DNA of 64,000 nucleotides, taken from an uncultured Candidatus Peribacteria bacterium (GTDB taxonomy: Bacteria > Patescibacteriota > Gracilibacteria > CAIRYL01). The notes under the pieces are model-generated. The model was not told the origin of the DNA and ran no database searches. It saw only the letters and a list, made by a program, of their open reading frames with translations. Made by a program: the position numbers and the translations under genes. Positions within the stretch are counted from its first letter, which is position 1. Every line of letters begins with the position of its first letter. Location of the stretch: the NCBI GenBank assembly GCA_964509985.1, contig CAZDZQ010000010.1, forward strand, positions 6,187 through 70,186, given 5' to 3'. Positions 9,707 through 17,821 of this stretch are shown here, piece by piece.

Positions 9707-10891
9707 ATGAAATTTAGGGAGTACAATATTTATAATGAAAATTTTTATTTTTTAAAATATTATATGTATCAGAGAATTCTTCAGGAGAATATAGAAAAAT
9801 GGTTTTTTTCTGGAAAAATTATTACTGTTTATGGACCTAGACAAGTAGGAAAAACTACACTTATTCAAAAAATTTTAGAAAAATATTCTGATACACATTT
9901 TATTTTATCTCTTAATGCAGATGAAGAAAGAGTGAGAAATGCATTTATTCCAAGTAGTTTTGAGGAGCTAAAAAATACTATTGGGAATCCTGATATTTTG
10001 TTTATAGATGAGGCACAAAGAATAAAAAATATAGGATTAGTTTTAAAAATAATTCATGATAATCTTCCTGATTTACAAATTATTATAACTGGATCAAGTA
10101 CGCTGTCTCTTGCAAACACTATTTCTGAACCTCTTACTGGACGAAATATTGAATTTCAATTATTTCCTCTCTCTCTTCAAGAGGTGAGTAATAATGCATT
10201 TGAGGCTTCTGGAAATATTTCTCAAATGATGTTGTGGGGGAGTTATCCAGATGTTTTTCAGTCAAATATTGATCAGAAAAAAATTCTTTTGCAAAATTTA
10301 ACAAATCAATATTTATATCAAGATATTCTGGAATATGGAAATATCAAAAAACCACATCTTTTAAAAAAATTATTGCAACTTTTGGCATTTCAAATTGGAT
10401 CAGAAGTTTCTCTTTCTGAATTAAGTAGCACTCTTGAAATCGATAAAAAAACAGTAGAAAAATACTTGGATTTATTAGAAAAATCTTTTGTTATTTTCCC
10501 AATTACTGCTTTTAGTAGGAATTTAAGAAGAGAAATTAGCCGTTCAAAAAAATATTTTTTCTATGATTTAGGAGTAAGAAATATGCTTATAGAAAATTTT
10601 CTAGATATTGATATTCGAAATGACAAAGGAGGACTTTTTGAAAATTTATATATCTTGGAAAGATTGAAATATAAGCGATATAATAATGATTTTGGGAGTT
10701 TATATTTCTGGAGAACTCATACAAATAAAGAAATTGATCTCATTGAAGAAAAAAACGGAAAAATTTTCGCAACAGAAATAAAATTTTCCAATAAAAAAAA
10801 TCCTGACTGTCCAAACGATTTTGTAAATGCATATCCAAATAGCTCTTATAAAATAGTAAATCCAGAAAATTTCTGGAATTCTTTAGTTTAG
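9707..10891 (+). CDS. AAA+ ATPase of the DUF4143 family
   Basis: Walker A GPRQVGKTTL and Walker B ILFIDEAQ. The C-terminal region is typical of DUF4143 proteins. The real start is probably the second ATG at 9764 (MYQRILQENIEKWF...). Confidence 0.7.
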   Translation: MKFREYNIYNENFYFLKYYMYQRILQENIEKWFFSGKIITVYGPRQVGKTTLIQKILEKYSDTHFILSLNADEERVRNAFIPSSFEELKNTIGNPDILFIDEAQRIKNIGLVLKIIHDNLPDLQIIITGSSTLSLANTISEPLTGRNIEFQLFPLSLQEVSNNAFEASGNISQMMLWGSYPDVFQSNIDQKKILLQNLTNQYLYQDILEYGNIKKPHLLKKLLQLLAFQIGSEVSLSELSSTLEIDKKTVEKYLDLLEKSFVIFPITAFSRNLRREISRSKKYFFYDLGVRNMLIENFLDIDIRNDKGGLFENLYILERLKYKRYNNDFGSLYFWRTHTNKEIDLIEEKNGKIFATEIKFSNKKNPDCPNDFVNAYPNSSYKIVNPENFWNSLV

Positions 10892-10912
10892 AATTTTTAT
10901 AAAACTAAAAAT

Positions 10913-10949
10913 TATTTGAATTATTACATGAAAATTGATATAATTATAC
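10913..10949 (+). promoter_or_regulatory. promoter-like repeat, copy 2 (TTGAAT-17 nt-TATAAT with TG extension)
   Basis: TTGAAT at 10916-10921, 17-nt spacer, TATAAT at 10939-10944 preceded by TGA (extended -10). It lies ~25 nt upstream of the ATG at 10971. Confidence 0.5.
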
Positions 10950-10970
10950 GAAATATATATTTTATTTTTT

Positions 10971-12563
10971 ATGAAATTAGAAGAATTATCAAAAGAGTTA
11001 TCAGAAGAAAAAAAATTTAAAGAAGAATTTGAAAATATGTATGGAAATTCTGAGCTAGGTGATTTGTCTGCACAAGAAAAAGAGCTAGCGTTAGAATATA
11101 AAAAAAAGAATGAAGAGTTAGAAAAAGACTTATCTATAGCGAAAGCAGTACTGCAAGAAGATTTTACTCCACAACTAAAGAACTTGGGATTATCTCTTAA
11201 AGATATTGTCAGTATTTATAGATTTTTTCGTACTAACAGTATTAAAAAATCATTTGTATTAGACTGGAAATTATCTACTCTTGTTGCTGAAAATAAAAAT
11301 TTAGTAAAATTAGTAAAAGAATTACAACAGATTATAATTCAAAAGAATATTGAAATATCACTTTTATATACAGAAAAAAATTATACTGATATATTACAAA
11401 GGAAATTAAAACAAGATCTTAAATTTTTAAAATATTTTTCAGAACAATTGCAAAATAAATTTGGAGAAAATATATTAACAGGATTACCTACCGAACAAAT
11501 TTTAAAAGAAAATTTAGAACAAATTTCAAAAAAAAATAGATCTTCTATAAAAGTTTGTTATATGGATCTTACAAGTTTTAAAAATGTAAATACTGTTATT
11601 CATTATGAAAATGCAGATAAAGTTTTAAAAATTTATGGTAAAGCATTGCAAGATTCAATTCCAAACTTTTTAAACAAAAATAAAAAAATAATACCGTATC
11701 ATCCACATGGAGATGAGTATGCACTTGTGTTTAAAAATTTAACAGAAAATGAAATAGTAGAATATACAAGAAAAGTAGAAGAAATAGCACAGAGTAAAAT
11801 TTTAAAATTAACAAAAGAACTGAAAGAACAAAAAGATGAAAATGGAAAATTAGTTTTTCCAAATCTTAAAGGAATTTATACAAATCTATCTTTTGGAGTT
11901 ACAAATTTTTTAGAAAAAGATACAATTGAAATATTATTGCTTCGTGCAAATAAATTATTAGATGGGGTGAAATATTTTCAAAAAGGAAATATTATTTTTG
12001 AAAATACTACTATTGATAATAATAATGATGATTATCATATACATTCAGGATTTACAAATTTAAATAAAAATGTAAAAAATAAAAATGTTGTAGAAAAAAC
12101 TAAAAAAGAAGTAGAAGAATACATAAATAAAGCAGAACAAAAGCAAGAAGAAGTTCAAAAAAAAGAAGAAGATAGAATACGAAAAGAAAAACAAGAAAAA
12201 CAAAAAGATACAGTACTATGGAAAAAAGATTATTCTCAATATAAAAATCTTCCACAAATTATAAAAAATAGTTTAGAAGAACATTTAATTTCTGCTAATT
12301 TTTCAGATGATTTAAAAAATTTACAAAAGCAAAATGCAAACAAAAATATTAAAGATATAATCTTTACAGTTGAAAAATATTTCGGTAGAAAATTAACAGT
12401 TATTCAAAAAAAGATAATAAAAATAGCAATAAAATTTTTACATAATTCGTTATATGAGATGATTGCAAAACGAGATTTTTTACTAAAGCATGGGTTTTCA
12501 AAAAAAGAAGTAAAAATTTTAATGCGAAGTGGATTGATGGGAATAACAGAAGAATTAAAATAA
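10971..12563 (+). CDS. coiled-coil protein with a divergent GGDEF-type (nucleotide cyclase fold) domain, signature HGDEY
   Basis: VCYMDLTSFKNVNTVIHYENADKVLKIYGKAL...PYHPHGDEYALVFKNL...LSFGVTNF...LLLRANKLLDGVKYFQKGNI aligns by eye to the GGDEF pattern DxDxFKxxND..GH..GD.vL...RxGGDEF...SxGxA...AD.ALY.AK..G. Confidence 0.6.
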   Translation: MKLEELSKELSEEKKFKEEFENMYGNSELGDLSAQEKELALEYKKKNEELEKDLSIAKAVLQEDFTPQLKNLGLSLKDIVSIYRFFRTNSIKKSFVLDWKLSTLVAENKNLVKLVKELQQIIIQKNIEISLLYTEKNYTDILQRKLKQDLKFLKYFSEQLQNKFGENILTGLPTEQILKENLEQISKKNRSSIKVCYMDLTSFKNVNTVIHYENADKVLKIYGKALQDSIPNFLNKNKKIIPYHPHGDEYALVFKNLTENEIVEYTRKVEEIAQSKILKLTKELKEQKDENGKLVFPNLKGIYTNLSFGVTNFLEKDTIEILLLRANKLLDGVKYFQKGNIIFENTTIDNNNDDYHIHSGFTNLNKNVKNKNVVEKTKKEVEEYINKAEQKQEEVQKKEEDRIRKEKQEKQKDTVLWKKDYSQYKNLPQIIKNSLEEHLISANFSDDLKNLQKQNANKNIKDIIFTVEKYFGRKLTVIQKKIIKIAIKFLHNSLYEMIAKRDFLLKHGFSKKEVKILMRSGLMGITEELK

Positions 12564-12634
12564 TTTTATTCTCATGATTTTATTTTAAATTTTTTGTATG
12601 ATGTATATATAAAAAATATTTTTAGATTTAAAAA

Positions 12635-13579
12635 ATGAGTATATCTCTTGAAAAATTAACAGCAAACGAAACATTTCCAGAAAATTTTGTATCGCATTAT
12701 TGGCAAAGTGATGCATGGAAAAAAGCAAAAGAAGACAATGGATGTAAAGCATTTTGGATAAAAAAAAATGATGCTAAAGTTTTAGTTATAGAACGAAAAG
12801 CACATTTTCTTAAATTTTGGGTAAAGCCTATGTGGGAATTACCGCGTGGACCAATTGGAAATGCAAATAATTTTGTAGAGCTGATAGAGGCTGTTTTTTT
12901 TGAAGCCAGAAAAAAAGAAAATAATGTGGGAATTGTACGAATTTATACACCGTTTGGAACAGAAAATTTTTGGAATAATAAATTATTTCAAAAATTTTTA
13001 GAAAAAAATATTAATAAAACAGCTCCAGAAATTTTTCCAACAAATACATTAATGATAAATTTAGAACAAGATGATGATGAAATTTTATCTCAAATGAAGC
13101 AAAAAGGACGATATAATATCAAGCTTGCACGAAAAAAAGGAGTAGTTATAGAAGAAGAAAAAAATGTTGAAAATTTTTGGAAATTAATGTGTGAAACCAG
13201 CAAACGAGATGGATTTCGGTCAAATAAAAAACATGTATATTCAGATTTATTAAAAAGTTTTAAAGATGATGCTGTGTTGTATACAGCAAAAGATGAAACT
13301 GGAGATGTGCTTGCGAGTGCTATTTTTACTATTGCTAAAGGAATGGCTATTTATAATTATGGAGCATCTACCAATAGAAAAAGGGGATTGATGGCTCCAT
13401 ATTTATTGCAATGGGCAGGAATGCAATGGGCAAAAAAGAAAGGGGCAAAAGTGTATGATTTTTTAGGGATTTCACCAGAAAACGAACCAAACCATTCATT
13501 GAATGGAGTGGCATCGTTTAAATTAAAATTTGGAGGAACTCGAGTTATTTGTGATAGTGGGTTAGATTTTACTATGTAG
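12635..13579 (+). CDS. FemAB-family peptidoglycan interpeptide-bridge aminoacyltransferase
   Basis: SQMKQKGRYNIKLARKKGV, YNYGASTNRKRGLMAPYLLQW and KLKFGG blocks are typical of FemX/FemAB proteins. 314 aa. Confidence 0.65.
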   Translation: MSISLEKLTANETFPENFVSHYWQSDAWKKAKEDNGCKAFWIKKNDAKVLVIERKAHFLKFWVKPMWELPRGPIGNANNFVELIEAVFFEARKKENNVGIVRIYTPFGTENFWNNKLFQKFLEKNINKTAPEIFPTNTLMINLEQDDDEILSQMKQKGRYNIKLARKKGVVIEEEKNVENFWKLMCETSKRDGFRSNKKHVYSDLLKSFKDDAVLYTAKDETGDVLASAIFTIAKGMAIYNYGASTNRKRGLMAPYLLQWAGMQWAKKKGAKVYDFLGISPENEPNHSLNGVASFKLKFGGTRVICDSGLDFTM

Positions 13580-13598
13580 GGTTATAATATTCAAATAA

Positions 13599-14885
13599 TT
13601 ATCGAATTTCTCCTTGAAAAGGGATATTTTCACCTGCTTGTGCAGAACGGTCTTCAATTCTTAATAATTCGTTATATTTTGCGATCCTATCACTTCTAGA
13701 CAATGAACCTGTTTTAATTTGTCCTGTTCCCAGTGCAACTGCCAAATGTGCAATAGTTGAATCTTCACTTTCTCCACTTCTATGAGACATAACACTTGTC
13801 CATCCTGCTTTGTGAGTCATGGCTACAGCATTAATTGTTTCTGTAAGCGTTCCAATTTGATTTGGTTTAATTAATACAGAATTTGATAATTTTTCATTAA
13901 TTCCCATTTCAATTCGTGTAGTGTTTGTTACAAATAAATCGTCTCCTACCAATTGCATTTTTTCTCCCAATTCTTTTTGTAATTCTGCAAATCCTGAAAA
14001 ATCATCTTCGTCAAATCCATCTTCTAAAGAAACAATTGGATATTTAGATTTTAAATCTGCGTAATATGCAACTAGTTCGCTAGCTGTAATTTCTTTGCTA
14101 TCCACTGTGTATAATTTTGTTTCTTTATTATAAAACTCAGAAGCGGCTGCATCCATTGCAATTTCGATTTTATCAGCATGTCCTGCTTGTTTCGCAGCTT
14201 CCAAAATCATTTCAATTGCTTCTTCATTTGTTGTAAGTCGTGGAGCAAATCCTCCTTCGTCTCCTACTGCAGTTACATAATTTTTTGCAGATAATAATTT
14301 TTTTAATGTGTGAAATGTTTCTGATCCAATTTGTAAACTTTCAGAAAATGATTTTGCACCAGTTGGAAAAATCATAAATTCTTGAATTTCTAATCCTGAA
14401 TCTGCATGACTTCCACCATTAATTACATTCATCATTGGAGTTGGCATTTTCATTTGTGGGTTTCCAGCTAAGTCATTTACATATTGATATAAAGCTTGTC
14501 CTTTTGAAATAGCCGCAGCTTTTGCAGTTGCCAAAGAAATTCCTAAAATAGCATTTGCTCCCAAATTTCCTTTTTGGTTTGTTCCGTCTGTCTTTATCAT
14601 CAATTCATCTAATGCTTTTTGATTAAATGCATCTTGACCGATAACAACATCAGCAAGTGTAGTGTTTACATTATTTACTGCTTTTAAAACACCTTTTCCA
14701 AGATATACAGATTTATCTCCATCTCGAAGTTCTACAGCTTCATGAATTCCTGTTGATGCTCCTGATGGTACAATTACTGTTCCAAATGAGTTATCAGAAA
14801 GAGTAACTTCAACTTCTACAGTTGGGTTTCCTCGTGAGTCTAAAACCTGCCGAGCGTACACTTTTGCAATAGTTACAGTAGACAT
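13599..14885 (-). CDS. eno: enolase (phosphopyruvate hydratase)
   Basis: ARQVLDSRGNPTVEVEV, SGASTGIHEA, IKPNQIGTLTET and SHRSGESEDSTIA are canonical enolase motifs. 428 aa. Confidence 0.95.
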   Translation of the reverse strand: MSTVTIAKVYARQVLDSRGNPTVEVEVTLSDNSFGTVIVPSGASTGIHEAVELRDGDKSVYLGKGVLKAVNNVNTTLADVVIGQDAFNQKALDELMIKTDGTNQKGNLGANAILGISLATAKAAAISKGQALYQYVNDLAGNPQMKMPTPMMNVINGGSHADSGLEIQEFMIFPTGAKSFSESLQIGSETFHTLKKLLSAKNYVTAVGDEGGFAPRLTTNEEAIEMILEAAKQAGHADKIEIAMDAAASEFYNKETKLYTVDSKEITASELVAYYADLKSKYPIVSLEDGFDEDDFSGFAELQKELGEKMQLVGDDLFVTNTTRIEMGINEKLSNSVLIKPNQIGTLTETINAVAMTHKAGWTSVMSHRSGESEDSTIAHLAVALGTGQIKTGSLSRSDRIAKYNELLRIEDRSAQAGENIPFQGEIR

Positions 14886-15004
14886 AATATTATGTAAAAA
14901 AAATTTAAAATATATAAATATATTTATGCATAGTATACTAAAAATTTAGATTAAAAATAAGAGAAAATTCATGATAGAGTATAAAAAAACTTTAACTTTG
15001 TAAT

Positions 15005-16402
15005 ATGCCAAATTCAAGACTTACAAGACAAACACTTTGTGATTATTTTAAAGATGGAGAAAAACCGAAAATTCAAAAAATTGGAATGGAAATAGAAAAA
15101 ATTGGGGTAAGATTTCCTGATGGTTCTGCCGTAATGTATAAAGGGAAAAATGGATTTTTGGCGATTTTAGGAAAAATGTATGAAGAATTGGGGTGGAAAA
15201 TAACAAAGAAAAATGGAAGCTATATTCATCAAATGAAAAGAGGAAATGCTATTTTAGACTTAGAATCTGATGGAAGAATAGAGCTTGCAGGGTCTCCGCA
15301 TACATCTCTTCATGATGTAGTTCGTGAATTTCGAATTCATCAACATGAAATGTCTGAGATTTCTGATGTATTTGGTGTTTCTTGGCTTGGTATTGGATAT
15401 AATCCAGTTGCATCAGATGTTGATTTAGATTTGTTGCATGATAATGGTGGGCGGCGAGATCAATTAATTATGTACAGAAAAGAACGATTAGAAAAAGAAA
15501 GTAATAAATATTCTGATGATTGGTCAAAAGGAACGGCAGGAATTCATGTAAGTTTAGACTATGCATCAGAAGAAGATTTTGGTAAAAAATCAAAAATTTT
15601 ATTTTTACTCGCCCCAATAATGCAGGCAATTTTTGCAAACTCTCCTTTTAAAAATGGAGAATTTTCAAAAAAAATAAATTACAGAATGTTTGTGACACAA
15701 AAAGGTATGGATACATATGCATTAAATAAAAAATTATTTTATTCAAAATTTACTTATAACGATTGGATAGATTTTATATATGAGAAACCTGCACTTTTCT
15801 TTGAAAGAAATATTGAAAAAAAAAAGTCTATTGAAAAAAAATGGATTTATCCACAAAAAACTTTTGGAGAATTTTTAGAATCTGGGCTTCAAATTGAAAA
15901 TAAAGAAGTATTGGATTTTCCAAATATTCAAGATTTTGAAATGCATATGAAGTCTATTTGGACAGATGTTAGAATGAGAAATACTCTTGAAATTAGAATT
16001 TTTGACTCTCTTCCTCCATCAATTGTTCCGTCGGTTCCTGCTTTTATAAAAGGGTTAATTTATGATGAAAAAAATTTAAATACTCTGTATGAAATGGTGA
16101 ATAATTGGAGTTTTGAAGAATTTGAAGAAATGAAAAAACAAATTCCACAAAATGGATTAAATACAATTTTTAGAAGTGAGAAAGTTTTAGATTTTGCAAA
16201 AACACTTTTGAATATGTCTGAAAATGGATTAAAACTAAATAGAATTGTAGATGTACGCGGAAACGATGAAAGTATATATTTAAAACCTATTAAGAAATTT
16301 ATTTTTATAGAAAATTGTTCACCTGCACATTGGTTAATAAAAAAATGGAAAGGGGATTGGGGAGGAAATTTTTTTCCAGTATTTGAATGGTGCAAGTATT
16401 AA
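15005..16402 (+). CDS. glutamate--cysteine ligase, family 2 (plant/proteobacterial type)
   Basis: GMEIEKIGV and LDLESDGRIELAGSPHTSLHDVVREF resemble the GTEHEKFGF and EPGGQ.ELSGAP blocks of GCS2 enzymes. 465 aa. Confidence 0.65.
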   Translation: MPNSRLTRQTLCDYFKDGEKPKIQKIGMEIEKIGVRFPDGSAVMYKGKNGFLAILGKMYEELGWKITKKNGSYIHQMKRGNAILDLESDGRIELAGSPHTSLHDVVREFRIHQHEMSEISDVFGVSWLGIGYNPVASDVDLDLLHDNGGRRDQLIMYRKERLEKESNKYSDDWSKGTAGIHVSLDYASEEDFGKKSKILFLLAPIMQAIFANSPFKNGEFSKKINYRMFVTQKGMDTYALNKKLFYSKFTYNDWIDFIYEKPALFFERNIEKKKSIEKKWIYPQKTFGEFLESGLQIENKEVLDFPNIQDFEMHMKSIWTDVRMRNTLEIRIFDSLPPSIVPSVPAFIKGLIYDEKNLNTLYEMVNNWSFEEFEEMKKQIPQNGLNTIFRSEKVLDFAKTLLNMSENGLKLNRIVDVRGNDESIYLKPIKKFIFIENCSPAHWLIKKWKGDWGGNFFPVFEWCKY

Positions 16403-16414
16403 GCGTAATAAATA

Positions 16415-17470
16415 TTAAAAATAATCATGTACGGCTTCTGAATATTGATTTATAAAAATCTTTTTCATCTCACTTAAATTATTTTGTTCATAAAATAATA
16501 ATGTAGCTTTTTTATAATCAATTTCTTCTATTGTTTTATATGAAAGTGGACAAGAATTATTGGCAATTAGTACGCTATTTGCGGTCATTCTAGCGGTTCT
16601 TTTATTTCCATCTTCAAATGCTTGAATATAAGAAATAAGTAGTAATAATAAAAAACTTTTTTCAAAAAAATTATTTTTTACATTTATCAGAATAATCATT
16701 TGTTCTAAAGCTTCTTCAATTTGAAATTGATTGTCTAATGGTTTGTAATCGGAGCCTGTAATACCTACTGGTGTTTTTCTTATATTTGCAGTGATTCCAA
16801 TTTCTTTTGTTAATATTTTGTGAATTTCTTCAATTTTTATTCGAGAAATTGTAGTGAAATATTGTTTATTATTCAGTACAAAATCAAAAACTTCTTTATG
16901 ATTTAATATCATTTTTGCTTCTTCTGCAGTTTTTCCATCGGTTGTTTTATGCTCTTTTATCAATCTTTCTGTTTCTAGTAATGAATATGTGTTTCCTTCT
17001 ATATATGAGGATTTCCACGCAAATTCAATAATAATCCGTTCGTATTCTTTTTGTTTTGAAATTTCTGAATTAAATTTTTGAAATTTTTTTTGAAATTTTT
17101 TGTGTAAATTTTGGAGTAATTCTTTTTCTTCTGGAAAAAAAATATCAGATTCAAGTTGAGAAAATATTGTAAAATTAAATTGTTTTTTTGCATTTCGTTT
17201 ATTGGCAGGATTTTGAAAATATTTATCTATATCCACTGTTTCTAATAATGAATACGAAAGATTTATTTTATATTTTGCAGATTTTGCTTTTCCTGTTTTT
17301 AATATATATTGAGATGTAATTAATTTTTGTAAATCTCGAATAATTGTTATTTGCGAAATTGTGTCATTTTCATTTGAAAAATATTGAATAATTTCATGTA
17401 ATGATAGATTTTTATTATCTAAGATTTTTAGAATTTTTTTTTGTCGAATTTCAGATTTTTTTATTTTCAT
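16415..17470 (-). CDS. Fic/Doc-family protein with N-terminal winged-helix region; catalytic His replaced by Gln
   Basis: Motif QAFEDGNKRTAR (16589-16624) versus the consensus HxFx(D/E)GN(G/K)RxxR. SSYIEGNTYS is an upstream Fic-family block. Confidence 0.7.
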   Translation of the reverse strand: MKIKKSEIRQKKILKILDNKNLSLHEIIQYFSNENDTISQITIIRDLQKLITSQYILKTGKAKSAKYKINLSYSLLETVDIDKYFQNPANKRNAKKQFNFTIFSQLESDIFFPEEKELLQNLHKKFQKKFQKFNSEISKQKEYERIIIEFAWKSSYIEGNTYSLLETERLIKEHKTTDGKTAEEAKMILNHKEVFDFVLNNKQYFTTISRIKIEEIHKILTKEIGITANIRKTPVGITGSDYKPLDNQFQIEEALEQMIILINVKNNFFEKSFLLLLLISYIQAFEDGNKRTARMTANSVLIANNSCPLSYKTIEEIDYKKATLLFYEQNNLSEMKKIFINQYSEAVHDYF

Positions 17471-17574
17471 ACTACCTAGAATATAATTATCATTTTTATA
17501 TCTTTATGTTATCATTTATTCTTTTTTTTTGCAAAAAAATGATAATAGAGGGGGTTTTTATGATAGTATAAAAA

Positions 17575-17816
17575 TTTATTTCTTTATTTCTTTATTTCTT
17601 TCATTTTTTTCAATATTTGTAATTTTGTAGCAAGTCGTCCGTGTAAAATATCATCAGATTCTAAAAAGTTATATTTTGTATTATTAATAATATTTGTAAT
17701 AAAATCATTATAAAATTGTTTTTGAGCAGTAAGATAAAATTAAATTGTTTTTTTGCATTTCATTTATTGGTAGGATTTTGCAAAAAAAATGATAACAGAG
17801 GTGTATTTTTATGATA
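17575..17816 (-). pseudogene. decayed partial duplicate of the neighbouring Fic/Doc gene plus its upstream region
   Basis: 17735-17780 is ~95% identical to 17169-17215 inside the Fic gene (the part encoding NAKKQFNF). 17778-17816 is ~85% identical to 17529-17566, upstream of the Fic gene. No intact ORF remains. Confidence 0.55.
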
Positions 17817-17821
17817 ATTAA

